Origin: Mobula hypostoma | Lineage: Eukaryota | DNA length: 64,000 nucleotides | NCBI RefSeq assembly: GCF_963921235.1 | Contig: NC_086108.1 | Span: 89,530,001 to 89,594,000 of the forward strand | Reading direction: 5' to 3' | Shown here: in pieces, positions 1-12,479 of the stretch | How positions within the stretch are numbered: position 1 is the stretch's first letter | Layout of the letters: the number at the start of each line of letters is the position of its first letter | Program-made: the position numbers and the translations under genes | Notes under the pieces: generated by a model | Databases searched by the model: none | What the model was told of the DNA's origin: nothing | The model's input: only the letters and a program-made list of their open reading frames with translations

Positions 1-137
1 ATAGATACATGGAGCTTAGAAAAATAGAGGGCTATGGGTAAGCCTAGTAATTTCTAAGGTAGGGACATGTGTGGCACAACTTAGTGGGCTGAAGGGCCTG
101 TATTGTGCTGTAGGTTTTCTACGTTTCTATGCTTCTA
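1..137 (+). mobile_element. CR1 LINE (family B) 3' end
   Basis: 3'UTR GAAGGGCCTGTATTGTGCTGTAGG plus TTCTATG-type tail; same sequence is seen reversed at about 13870, 43080 and 57695. Confidence 0.85.
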
Positions 138-162
138 TCCACATGATCAATGTCTCTCATCA

Positions 163-608
163 TCAACGGCAGAGACCGATACAGTTTGGTACCAGCAGCA
201 TAGCAGGAGTTGCCAGTCAGCATTGGACTCAATGTAGGGCTGCCTTAGGGACTACAGTTCCAGATTTTTCCCTCTGGGTTTACTCCCAAAGCCTTCCCCA
301 TAAGTGGGTACAGCTGCAAGGCAGTGGAGGTTTGAGATCAGAATTTTCTTTCTCCTAGATGAGCTGCCAATCACAACTGATGAGTCCTATCTGCCTGAAG
401 TAACTGGTTTTACGGGGTAACCCACCTTTACCCCTTTTCCTGTCAATAGAATCGATTCAGTCAGGCTTTGTGGCAAAGCTACACGTGAAAGGCAGGAGCT
501 CAACTTGGTTGTCAGAGACAATTTGGGGTGCAAGCCATTATGTGAATTAATAAGTAGAGGGAGCCTGTCCCCATTACCAACCCCAGCTATCACAACCTTA
601 AAGAACCC
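163..608 (-). mobile_element. RTE-clade 5'UTR-like fragment or RTE-derived SINE
   Basis: Minus strand GGCAGATAGGACTCATCAG..GGCAGCTCATCTAGGAGAAAG resembles, from recall, the conserved RTE 5'UTR block. Confidence 0.5.
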
Positions 609-704
609 TAAAATATCAATACTATTTTATAACACCGTGGCCAAGTTCAGTAAAGTATGTTTCCACCAACAGCTCTGTTCAATGAAGAGTGTATTTTAAA
701 ATTT

Positions 705-2697
705 ACACTTGGAAAGACAAGTACTGATTAGAGATGGTCAGCATGGCTTAGTGCAGGAACAATCATGTCTCACCAATTTAAGTACTTTCAGGAGGTAGTT
801 TAGAAGGATGAATGCTGCCTGTAGATATGATTGAAATTAATTTTAGGCAAGGCCCTATCTGATAGGATGATCCTGAAGGTTGAGCTGCATGGGGGTCCAA
901 AATCAGCTTTGTAATACGAGGCAGAGGACTGTGGTGGAAAGATTATACGATTGGACGTCTGACTAGTGATGTACCACAGGATTCAGTGCCAGAATCCTTG
1001 GTGTTTGTAATTATTGGTTTAAAAACTGGATATGAATATAGAAATTATTACTAATAACCATGGATAATACAAAATTTGGTGATGTTGTGGACTTCCAAGA
1101 AGATTGTTTAAGGCTTCAAATCGAGCTGTGGATCAGATAGACCATTAACTGATGGGATTTAATCTCTACTAATGTGAGGTGATGCATTTTGGGAAGTGAT
1201 AGGGGTAGGACACATACAGCAAAAGGTACCAAGGAGCACTGATATACAGAGGACTCTTGAGGGTTTTTGTCCTTTGTTCCCTGAAAGACACAACAACAGA
1301 AGGATGAAAGTAATATGTGACTTGCCTTCATAAGCTGGCTTGGTACGTTATCTCTAGCCAATCACAATTTGAGGAAGTTACCAGGGAAGTGGATGAAGCC
1401 AAGGGAGTGGATGTTGTCTACATGGACTTTAGCTGGGTTTTGGAAAGATTCCGCATAAGAGGTTAGTCAGGAAGATTCATTTACTTGGTATTCAAGTTGA
1501 GGTAGTAAATTGATTTGGACATTGTCTTTTTGTGAGAGAAGCCAGAGAGTGGTAGTAGGTGATGCCTCTCTGACTGGAGGACTGTGACCAGTGGAGAACC
1601 ACAGGGATCGATACTGGGTCTGTTGTTTATCATCCAGATCATTGATATAGATGTCAATGTGATTAACTAAAAAGGCATCTTTGCAGATGACACCATGATC
1701 AGTGGTGTAGTGGACAACAAGAAAGACTATCAGAGCTTGCAGCAGGATCTGGACTAGATGGAAAAACAGGCTGAAAAATGGAAGATGGAATTTAATGCAG
1801 ACAAGTGTGAGGTATTGCACTTTGGTAGGACCAACCAGGGTAGGTCTTGAACAGTGAATGGTAGCGCACTAAAGAGTGTGGTAGAGCAAACGGATCTGGG
1901 AATACTGGTCCATAAGTCATTGAAAGTGGAAGCACAGGTAGATAGGGTTGTAAAGAAAGCTCTTAGCACATTGACCTTCATAATCGAAGTATTGAGTACA
2001 GGAGTTGGGATGTTATTTTCAAGTTGTATAAGATGTTGATGAAACCTAAATTGGAGTACTGTGTGCAGTTTGTCACCTGCCTACAGGAAAGATGTAAATA
2101 AGTTTGAAACAATGCAGAGAAAATTTACAAGGATGTTTCTGGGACTGGGAGGATGTGAGCTATAAAGAAAGATTGAATAGATTATGACTTCATTCCTTGG
2201 AGTGTAGAAGACTGAAGGGAGATTGAATAGAGGTGTACAAAATTGAGGGTATAAGTAGAGTAAATGCAAGCAGGCTTTTTCCACTGAGAAGAGAAAATCT
2301 GCAGATGCTGGAAATGCAAGTAATACACACAAAATGCTGCCTGGGTGATGAGTTCTTCCAGTATTTTGTGTGTATTACTTTTTCCACAGAGGTTGGGTGG
2401 GACTACAATTAGAGGTCATGCGTTAAGGATGAAAGGTGAGATGTTTAAGGGGGACACGGGGGAAAACTTCTTCACTGAGAAGGTTATGAGACTGTAGAAT
2501 GAGCTAACAGTGCAAGTGGTACATGCAAGCTCAATTTCAATGTTTAAGAGGCATTTAGATAGGTACGTGGATGGTGGGGTCGGGGGTGTCTATTGTCTGG
2601 TTGCAGGGTGATGGGACTAGACAATTTAAATGATTCAGTACAGACTAGATGGGCCAAAGGGCTGGTTTCTGTGTTGTACTTTTCTATGACTCTATGA
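705..2697 (+). mobile_element. Two degraded CR1 ORF2 (RT) fragments, about 705-1345 and 1365-2697
   Basis: Remnants of VDVVYMDF and FADDT, ORF 1854-2039 (DLGILVHKSLKVEAQVDRVVKKA), and a TCTATGAC tail; many stops. Confidence 0.8.
2289..2377. mobile_element. Short fold-back Penelope-like terminal-repeat insertion
   Basis: Inverted arms AGTAATACACACAAAATGCTG / CAGTATTTTGTGTGTATTACT; TSD CTTTTTCCAC(T/A)GAG at 2275-2288 and 2378-2391. Confidence 0.7.
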
Positions 2698-4164
2698 TTC
2701 ACTTTTACCTTACCATGCACCCAAAATGTCCTTATGACGAGAAAGCAGTGCCAATGCTCAGGGTGCATACTGTAGACATGTGACAAACAAATAAAGCATG
2801 AGTTTTTTATCATGCCTGCCTCCTCTATGTTTTGCTATCTGGCCTCTGAGAGGACCTTTAAGAGGTGTCATCTTTTTAAGACTGCTGTATTGCAAGGTGT
2901 CATTCACTCCAGCCAATTGAGATTGGTCCATTGGGGAAAACATGGGTAGAATCCTGTCACCCCATCTTCCTGCATGTAAACCACTGTTAGCTTGGCCTTT
3001 GACCAATTTTCAATTGCTTGAACAGCACTATTTCAGCTCTAGATACATTGATGTTTTATCACATCAAATAAAGCGGAGATTCAATTTCTAGCCAATAGGT
3101 TAATATTGAAGTACAAGAGACACACAGCAGCATACAATGAAGACTTGGTGATAACACATTTTGTGCATCACATTTTTGATCCAGACATGTTAGATGGTGC
3201 GAATAATCACAGTAAATTATATTGATTATCTATGCAGATTATGCACATTAACATTTCAAACTGTGGTGTTTTGCTTTTCCCTGTACATCGAAAGATGATC
3301 CTCTGTATAATTCTTTCTATTTTTTTTCCCTGAATTTGTTTATCATTTGAGGTCAATGACTTTTCATCAGAATGATACCAATGCAAAACCAGTGCTCTGA
3401 AGCATTAATTTCTTTAAAAATAGATACTGATTAAATATTCTGGTTGGGTAACATTTTATCACTGCTTACTCATTTGAATGTTACTTCCTCAAACCTCAAA
3501 TCTTGCAGATTTTATGATTCATTTCATTCACAAATGTATTGGATCAAATCGTACTGGCTAACAGGTGATGACTCTGACACCTATCAGCCAAACCAGCTTC
3601 AGCACGTTTCAGACTTCCATATGTGAAATAAATGTTTGAGGCAAGCTGGAGGTCAGGTACTAATGCTGATTTAATTGAAGTAGAGTAGATAGAATATAGT
3701 GTTATAAAATCATTTTCCCCTGCACTTCCCCTCTCTCTCCCCACCTCTCCCCTCCAGCATCTAATCTGATGCCGATTTGACATTATTGAACTAAAGGTTA
3801 AATGCTAGTGTTGAGAAAGTTCTGCTGCTGGCGCCACTTCCTCACTGAAGTCCACTCGCGCACGATAGCTGCACTCCAAGATTAACTGTGAGGGGACCAC
3901 ACAGTACTTTCTCAACCTCCCTTTTTTTTTGAACCGCTGACTTTAGATCAGTCTGAAATGTCCACTCTCCTCACCGCTGCTGCAGACTCCTGCTCACTTC
4001 GTGCTCCAGCTGTTGCCTCCTGCTCTCTTGCAGGATTTGGTCAAATTACTTTGGTGTCCAAAACATCCTTTACTGTCAGCTTGGAATATATCCATTGGCA
4101 CCAGAGGTCGAAATCAGGGTTTATGCCCCGTACATGAAGATATTGCTACTTCATTTTCATAGGG

Positions 4165-4660
4165 TGTCAATGGCTGATATGAGAGGGTATTCTTTTAAAA
4201 TGGTTGAAGGAAAGTACAGGGATGATAACAGGTAGGTTTATAACAGGGTGGTAAGTGCTTGGAATGCACAGCCAGGGGTCATAGCAGGGGTCATTGCATT
4301 AGGGGCATTTAGACTTTAAGACAAGGGGGCAGAATCAGGCCAATTGACCCATTGAGTCTGGTCCCGTTATTCAATCACGGCTGATGTATTATCACTCTCA
4401 ATCCCATTCTCCTGCCTTCTCCCCATAACCTTTGTCCCTATTACTCAAGAACCTGTCAATTTCCACTTTAAATACGCCCAATGAATAGACCTCCGCAGCC
4501 AACTGTGCTAAGGAATTCCACAGACTTAAAAGACTCTTAAACAGGCACATGGATGAAAGAAAAATAAGGGGCTATGTGGGGAAAGAAGGGTTAATTTGAT
4601 CTCAGATTAGGTTAAAAGGTCAGCATAGCATTGTGGGCTGAAGGGCCTGTATTCTGCGTT
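4165..4660. mobile_element. CR1 3' fragment (+) interrupted by a CR1 family A tail (-, about 4316-4525)
   Basis: Similar to other CR1 3' ends in the window. Confidence 0.6.
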
Positions 4661-6849
4661 CACCTTAAAGGACTTTCCTCAATGAAGCAGCTTCTCGCCA
4701 CTTCCTCTTGGAATCTTGTAATGGCTTTTCTACTTTTTCTTTATTATTTATTTATTTTTCACTGTGCAGATGTCATTGGCAAGGCTGGCATTTAGTGTCT
4801 AAGCCTAGTAGCCCGTTAGAAGGTGATACTGAGTGACTTGGAATTGATACAGTCCTGCAGAAGGAGCGCCCAACACTGTCGTGTAGAGAGTTCTAGGAAT
4901 TGGAGCCGGTAATGAAAGTTCAGCAAAGTATTTCCAAAGCAGGATAGTGTGAGAATTAGCAGGGAGCCAGCAGCTGTATTGATGCCTTAGCTTCACCTTC
5001 GAGCAGCATGTTTCATCAGTAATTGCCACTTCACGTGTCAATGACTTTGGCAGCAGCTTGTGCTAAACCCTGTTCTTTTGTAAATTGGAACTATATCCTA
5101 GAGTAACTGTACTAAGATTGCCTGAATTCATTTAGAGAGTGGACTCTTGGACCTGGCTAAGATGATTTCTGATCAGACAAGATGCAAAAAAAAAACTTTT
5201 TCTGTTGATTTGATGGTGGATTGTTTAATATTTCATTTGAAGAGATTTGGGGAGTAAGAAAAGTTTCCAATACAACTTATAATGACACAAGATGTCATTT
5301 GGCTCATCATGTCCATGCTTTCCCAGGAGAGTGATCTTATTTGTTGTTCATCTTATTTTCCTGCGTGCCTACAACTTACACTCTTTATAAATGCCCATTA
5401 ACATGCCTTTGGTTTGTTTCTATTGAGGCATATTATGGGTTAAATTAAGACAAACAATTAACCTACCAACATGACTAGAAATTGTTCAAAGTAAGTTTAT
5501 TAACCAAGTACATGTATGTCATTATATACTACCTCGACATTCAACTTCTTGAGGGCATTCACAGTCAATAAAAAGAAGCACTACAGAATCAATGAAAAAC
5601 TGCATGCCACAAGACAAGACAATCCATGTGCAAAAGGCAACAGGCTGTGCACATACAAAATAATAATAAATAAATAAATAAGAAATAAATATTGAGAACA
5701 TGAGATGGAGTCCTGCATATTGCTACATATTTCCCACATATAGGAAGAAATCCAAATATTTCAGAGATGCTGATGTGGAGATTACACCAGCACCCAAGGT
5801 CAAGATTAAACCCGGTCTCTGGATCTGCTTTTTAAGGTGGAAATAAAGAAAGTGGTTTAATTTGGAACTGTTATCCATGTGGAGAATGAGCATTAATTCC
5901 GATTTATTGGCCAAGGCGACTGCTGTAATTTCTATGTCACTTTATGTAATAAACAGTTCCATCCGTCTAGAGTTACCCAACAATAAACTAACCCAATGCA
6001 CAACACTGTACAGTGTTCAATTATTTCACATGAATAAAATGCTTCAAACCATAAGCTATGATTTCCAGCAGCAAACACATTTCCAAATTAGATGAAAGTA
6101 ATATTTCATGCTTCAGGAAACATAAAAACAATAATCCTGCTCTAAGTATGCAACATAATTTGTGGTTTTTAAATTTATTACCTTATTTAAATAGGAAAAA
6201 CGTAATATGTGTATTATGCACAGATTTGTAAAAGTCCCCCAAGATATGTAACAATGTAAGAGACAGTAATGCAAAATGTATAGCTTTGCATGGTTTCTAA
6301 GACTGTGCTTCTAATATGCCTTCAATAATCTGCTGGAAGAGTATGCCTTGATAAAATATAATTTCACTTTTGATTGACTGAAAATTTATGAATAGGAAAA
6401 TAAAAGGTCTAAGAAGAACAACTAAAAAAGCCACAGATTAGGTACCTGCCCAAGGCATGGCAATGGAAATTAGAAACATTAAAACTGAATGTGAAGATAC
6501 TGTGGGAAGTTGTTGAGGTCAGGATCTAATAGACTTGCATAATGTCAAGTTCAGTAATGAACCATATCTTCCACTTCAATGTTAAGCACTTAACTGAGTG
6601 GAAGTGTGGGATTCTCTAGACAGGCCTTCTACTATGGTTAACTCCCATTCCCCAGATACTATGCTATGGTGATGCTCTTCTATAGCTTGACAGCAGAGTA
6701 CTACGGCTTTCTCCGCACTCGGACTAGGCAGCAAGTACTGTAGCCCCTTTGAAATATTTAGAGGGATGCAATACAGAAACGGACCTTTCAATCTAGCAAG
6801 TCTCTGCTGAACGTCAGCTATTCATTAACACTAATCCTACATAAATTAA

Positions 6850-7275
6850 GTCATTGGGTATATTTAAAGCAGAGAGTGATAGGTTCTTGATTAGCAAGTG
6901 TGTCAAGAATTTTGGGGAAAAAGCAAGAGAATGGGTTGAGAGGGATAATAATTCAGCCATGATGAAATGATGGAGCAGACTCAATGGGTCAAATGACCTA
7001 ATTCTATTCTGATGTTTTATGATTTTAATCCCAATTTTTATTCTCCCCACATTATCATCAACTAATTCAACTCATCCCCAAGATTATGTGAGTAACCACA
7101 CAAGGGGCGGTGTAAATTGGTCAATACCCTTGACTTTGAGTTATAGGAGGAAACCAAGGACCCAGATGAAATCCCTGCACTCACAGGCAAAGCATGCAAA
7201 TGCCATACAGATATCACCTCAGATCAGGACTGAACCTGGCCCTTGGTGCTACCAAAGACCCTAGCTGCACCGCTG
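6850..7275. mobile_element. CR1-A 3' tail (+, to about 7025) followed by a degraded V-SINE (-)
   Basis: TCAGCCATGATGAAATG..GGAGCAGACTC tail, then GGAGGAAACC..CCC V-domain remnant. Confidence 0.55.
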
Positions 7276-7419
7276 AATTCAAGAGGAGAAGTGATGTTAT
7301 CTCTCCTCTTCTCTCTGCGGTTGTCCGTCAAAATCCGATGACAATGTCCACTCCTTTAACGGTGAGATCTTTGACTATACAGTCTTATCCTGGACCCACA
7401 AGCACTATTGCAGATCTAC

Positions 7420-8450
7420 CATTGATATTAAGGCAACGTTTGATAGACAGTGATCTCAACCAGCCTTGATTTTGCTTGAATTGATGGGAATTGGGCAAAA
7501 AAAATCCCTTCTCTGGTCAGAACTTGTCTCAAAGGAAGATGGTTATGGTGGTTGGAGGTCAGTCATCTCAACTGCAGGTCATCGCTGTAGGAATTTCTTA
7601 TGGAGTGTCCTAGGTCCAACTTTCTTCAGCAGCTTCCTCAATGACCTTCAGTCAATCAAGATGACAGAAGGAGGGATGTTTTCTGATTGTACAAAATGTT
7701 CAGCATCGTACATGACTCCTCAGATAATGAAGTAACCCACGACTAAATGCAGGAAAACCTAGATAATATCCAAGAGTGGGCTAATAGGTGGCAAAGAATA
7801 GATGTGTCATATAAGTCTCAGGCATTGACAATGTCCATCAAGAGAGCAATCATCCTTGACGTTCAATGATATTACCATCTCTGAAATGCTATGATCAATA
7901 TAGTAGAAGCTGTCATTCACCAGAAACAGAACTGGAGTAGCCATTTATCTAATCCTGTAGCCAGTAATCGCCTCTTAGCTCCCTAAAGTCTGCTGTCTTA
8001 AATGGTTCAAGTCATGAGAGTGATGGAGTACTCTCTATTTGACTGGTTAAATGCTGCTTTAACATTTCAGAAGCCTGACATCTTTTCAGACAAAGAAGTC
8101 CATTTGATGGATATTGATACATAATTATTCCACCAGCAAGGCACCATGGAAACAGAATACACTGTAGCAAAACTCCTTAGATAGTAGCTTCCAAACCCAG
8201 GAAATCTACCAGCCAGAAGGACAAGGGCAGCAAAAACATTAGAACACCATCAACTGGAAGTTGCCCTCCAAGCCACACACATGACTTGGAAATGTATCAC
8301 CACTGCAAGGTCATATTCTGGAACATTCTCTTTAACATCACCTAAAGGTCTGTTACTGTTTAAGAAGGCAACTCAACATCACCTACTCAAGAGAAACTAG
8401 AGATGAGAAATTAAATACTGGCTCAGCACGCAAAGTCCACATCCCTTGAA
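7420..8450 (+). mobile_element. Old degraded CR1-clade LINE 3' part
   Basis: SVLGPTFFSSFLNDL in ORF 7466-7735 (RT motif); decayed 3'UTR. Confidence 0.65.
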
Positions 8451-8924
8451 TTAATTTTTTTAAAGAAGAGTGCCACCCTGGGGATCAATGTGCAGAAACA
8501 CCCGCCAGTAGATTTTTTAGTTGATTTAACCAAATTTGTAGTTAAACATAAATGCATTCTTCATTGATTATTATACATTTTTATTTTTTAATTGTTTCTC
8601 AACTAGTTTTAATACTTGAGAATTTATTTGATTTTCACAATCAGTTAATGTCAGTGGAAAGCTTTGAATCTGGGTTCAGGCCCTAAGCTACTGACAATTC
8701 CACTTTGGATACATAGCTGCCCACTACATTGGATTTCTACAACCTAAGAGCCAGCCCCCCACCCCATCCCCAGTGGAAGGTGAAAGGAGAGAGTGAACAA
8801 CCAAAGGATCTGCTCCATGTTATGACCAAAACGATCAAGGCCTGTGAGCAGTTTTATGGGAGTAGGAAAGAGATTACAAGGCAGAGTTTAAAGGTACTAA
8901 TCTTAAGACTATGCCAATTCCACA

Positions 8925-9555
8925 TCCTGGCAAAGATATTTCAAGTTGTTGGGTGTCAACATCTCTGAAGATCTATCCTGGGCCCAACATATTGATGCAA
9001 TTATGAATAACATCAATGACCATATTTCATTTGGAGTCTGAGGAGCTTTGGAATGTCAACAAAGACTAGCAAGTTTCTAGAGATGTACTGTGGCGAGCAT
9101 TTTAACTCATTACATCCTCATCTGGGACAGGGGCCACTACACGGGATTGGAAAAAGCTGCAGAGGTTTAGAAACTCATTCAGCCTCATCACGTACATGAG
9201 CCTCCCCAGCATTAAGGACATCTTCAGAAAGCAATGTTTCAAAGGCGGTATCCATCTTTATGGGTCCCGTAACCCAGCACATGCTCTCTTCTTGCTACAC
9301 CATCCAAGAGGAGGCACAGGAGCCTGAAGCCACAGACTCAATACTTTAGGAATAGCTTTGTCCATTCCAACATCAGATTTCTGAACAGACAGTGAACCAA
9401 CCCATGAACCCTACCTCACTATTTTGCTCTGTTTTTGCACTACTTATTCAATTTTTTAAAATTTTATTGAAATTTACACGTATTGCTACCGCAAAACAAC
9501 GAAAATTCATGACACATGTCAGTGATATTAAACAAGATTCTTATACTGATTCTGA
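8925..9555 (+). mobile_element. Rex1/Babar LINE 3' fragment
   Basis: Homologous to 48190-49050; ends in the CTGATTCTGA tail. Confidence 0.7.
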
Positions 9556-9674
9556 AGTGGAGATATTTGAGGTTGGTTCAAATGAATATGACTAGAAAGA
9601 TGTTACAGTAAGTTGGCCTTGGAACTATTTCTGGTGTGGATGATACCAATGCAAATCAGTCACATTGCTCCTCA

Positions 9675-9753
9675 AGCAACACACATAAAAGTTGCTGGTG
9701 AACACAGCAGGCCAGGCAGCATCTAAAGGAAGAGGTACAGTCGACGTTTCAGG
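9675..9753 (-). mobile_element. Truncated Penelope-like terminal repeat
   Basis: Matches the arm at 10903-10980; perfect 12-bp TSD CATTGCTCCTCA at 9663-9674 and 9754-9765. Confidence 0.75.
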
Positions 9754-10967
9754 CATTGCTCCTCAGTAGGACTGTGCTCAGTATCCTCAAAAGGGTTTAC
9801 TGTGGCTTTTGAGGAAATTTTAAAAATTAGTTTGGCAGAGATGTGAGGACCTTCGAGGGACTTCAAGAAAGAGTGGAAAAGCAAGAAGCAGAATATAGCA
9901 AAGCAGCAAAAAAATTTTAAGTAATTGAAGTAAAAAGACAGGCCTATAATTTTGACAGAAATAGAAGTACTTTAGAACCGGAAAAGGAAGACCAAGAAAA
10001 AAATGAAAGAAGCCTATTTACTAACATATTTTGTGGGCATTCAAAAAAGAAATATTCAAGGACTAATATGGGTCCTTAATAAAAATACAGGGTCAGATAT
10101 AATGGGCAATGAGGTAATACATTCTATGTGACTTCATGGGAGAAGACGCACAAAAATAGAGCCCAGAATTCCAGTGAGTAAATATCAAGTAGGAATGAGG
10201 AACACATGGAAATAAGTAATGCTATTGAAAAGATCCCATGCTGAGGGTTGTTCCACAAGCTTTGAACACATGGAATAAGGAAGAAAGAAATAGCATGATC
10301 AGAGTGTTGGTTACCATAGGGATTATATGAGGGGTGATTGATAAGTTTGTGTCCTAAGGTAGGAGGAGTCAATTTTAGAAAACCTAGCACATTTATTTCA
10401 ACATAGTCCCCTCCTACATGTACACACTTAGTCCAGCGGTCGTGGAGCACACAGATCCCTTCTTTGTAGAAGCGGTCCACAGCAGGGGTGATTGATAAGT
10501 TCGTGGCCTAAGGTAGAAGGAGATGAGTTATTAACTTCAAACTTTCTGCATTATCACTCAGAGCTGAACTGCACATGCATGTAATGAGAGCATCTTGGAC
10601 CTCCAGGTGGTCCACAGCAGGGGTGATTGATAGTTTGTGGCCTTGGGTAGAAGGAGAATAGTTATACAGCTCTCATTACATGCATGTGCAGTTCAGCTCT
10701 GAGTGAAAATGCACTTAATAACTCATCTCCTACCCTAGGCCATGAACTTATCAATCACCCCTGCTGTGGAACACTTTCTGGAGGTCCAAGACGCCGACTT
10801 CTACGAAGAAGTGATCTGTATGTTCTATGACCACTGGACTAAGAGTGTAAATGTAGGAAAAATAAATGTAAACACAAGGAATTCTGCAGATGCTGAAAAT
10901 TCAAGCAACATACATCAAAGTTGCTGGTGAACGCAGCAGGCCAGGCAACATTTCTAGGAAGAGGTAC

Positions 10968-11003
10968 AGTTGACGTTTCGGGCCAAGATGCTTCGTCAGG
11001 ACT
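10968..11003 (-). ncRNA. Minimal type I hammerhead ribozyme motif (core intact, stem II weakened)
   Basis: Minus strand AGTC-CTGACGA-AGCATCTTGGCCC-GAAACGTC-AACT. Confidence 0.55.
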
Positions 11004-11299
11004 AACTGAAGGAACAGCTAGTAAGAGATTTGAAAGTGGGAGGGGGAGATCCGAAATGATAGGAGAAGACAGGAGGGGGAGGGATGGAGCCAAGAGCTGG
11101 ACAGGTGATTGGCAAAAGGGATATGAGAGGATCATGGGACAGGAGGCCCAGGGAGAAGGAAAAGGGGGAGGGGGGGATAAATCCAGAGGATGGGCAAGGG
11201 GTATAGTCAGAGGGAGAAAAAGGAGCGAGAGAGAGAGAGAGAGAATGTGTGTATATAAATGTACCTCATCTGTTATTTATTTATATACACATTCTTTCT

Positions 11300-11842
11300 T
11301 TCTCTCTCCCTCTCTCCCTCTCTCCCTCTCTCCCTCTCCCCCTCTCCCCCTCTCCCCCTCTCCCCCTCTCCCCCTCTCCCCCTCTCCCCCTCTCCCCCTC
11401 TCCCCCTCTCCCCCTCTCCCCCTCTCCCCCTCTCCCCCTCTCCCCCTCTCCCCTCTCCCCCTCTCCCCCTCTCTCCCTCTCTCCCTCTCTCCCTCTCTCC
11501 CTCTCTCCCTCTCTCCCTCTCTCCCTCTCTCCCTCTCTCCCTCTCTCCCTCTCTCCCTCTCTCCCTCTCTCCCTCTCTCCCTCTCTCCCTCTCTCCCTCT
11601 CTCCCTCTCTCCCTCTCTCCCTCTCTCCCTCTCTCCCTCTCTCCCTCTCTCCCTCTCTCCCTCTCTCCCTCTCTCCCTCTCTCCCTCTCTCCCTCTCTCC
11701 CTCTCTCCCTCTCTCCCTCTCTCCCTCTCTCCCTCTCTCCCTCTCTCCCTCTCTCCCTCTCTCCCTCTCTCCCTCTCTCCCTCTCTCCCTCTCTCCCTCT
11801 CTCCCTCTCTCCCTCTCTCCCTCCCCCTCCCTCCCCCTCTCT
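11300..11842 (+). repeat. Pure pyrimidine 8-mer tandem repeat (CTCCCCCT)n then (CTCTCCCT)n
   Basis: Read directly; it explains the low-complexity ORFs at 10921-12058. Confidence 0.97.
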
Positions 11843-12056
11843 CTGACTATACCCCTTGCCCATCCTCTGGGTTTTTCCTCCCCCTCCCCCTTTTCCTTCT
11901 CCCTAGGCCTCCCGTCCCATGGTCCTCTCATATCCCTTTTGCCAATCACCTGTCCAGCTCTTGGCTCCATCCCTCCCCCTCCTGTCTTCTCCTATCATTT
12001 TGGATCTCCCCCTCCCCCTCCCACTTTCAAATCTCTTACTAGCTCTTCCTTCAGTT

Positions 12057-12092
12057 AGTCCTGACGAAGGGTCTCGGCCCAAAATGTCGACT
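12057..12092 (+). ncRNA. Degenerate minimal hammerhead motif
   Basis: AGTC-CTGACGA-AGGGTCTCGGCCC-aAAAtGTC-GACT; stems I and II intact, GAAAC core mutated. Confidence 0.45.
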
Positions 12093-12479
12093 GTACCTCT
12101 TTCTAGAGATGCTGCCTGGCCTGCTGCGTTCACCAGCAACTTTGATGTGTTGCTGGAAAAATAAATGTGCTAGGTTTTCTAAAATTGACTTCTACCTTAG
12201 GGCACAAACTTATCAATCACCCCTCGTATAGTTCTTCCTCAATATATCGTTGCTATGAGTAGTGGACTAATCAACGATCTGCTGGTTTGGAACCAACTGT
12301 CATTATTCCAAGTTTGCTGATGACACAAAATGAGATGGGTTTGTGAGTAGGGAGGAGGATGTGAAGAGGATAAGTGAGTGGGTGGGAATATGACAGTTTG
12401 AGTCTAATGCAGAGGAAAAAATGGGACGTCATCCATTTCGCACAAAATAGAAAAGCAGAGTATTTTAGTGGTGAGAGAC

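Larger units (their letters stand above)
10870..12154. mobile_element. Fold-back Penelope-like element (inverted pseudo-LTR arms)
   Basis: 10903-11260 is the reverse complement of 11277-12154 apart from a repeat expansion; 14-bp TSD GGAAAAATAAATGT at 10856-10869 and 12155-12168. Confidence 0.8.
10328..12226. mobile_element. Non-autonomous mariner element (MITE) with nested insertion
   Basis: TIRs (C/T)GAGGGGTGATTGATAAGTTTGTG flanked by TA; arms encode a mariner transposase C-terminus (FYKEGICVLHDRWTKCVHVGGDYVE). Confidence 0.85.

Noticed and set aside
3444..4160. Acceptor-like sites near 3509, 3757 and 4033 and ORF 3444-3626
   Set aside because: No convincing donors or recognisable peptide; the 3758 segment is closed in all three frames
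10328..10800. CRISPR-like array from recurring GGGGTGATTGATAAG units
   Set aside because: Eukaryotic context, mixed orientation, non-unique spacers, no cas genes; the units are mariner TIR copies
10921..12058. Long Pro/Leu/Ser- and Arg/Glu/Gly-rich ORFs (195-373 aa) on both strands
   Set aside because: They are translations of the stop-free 8-mer tandem repeat, not genes
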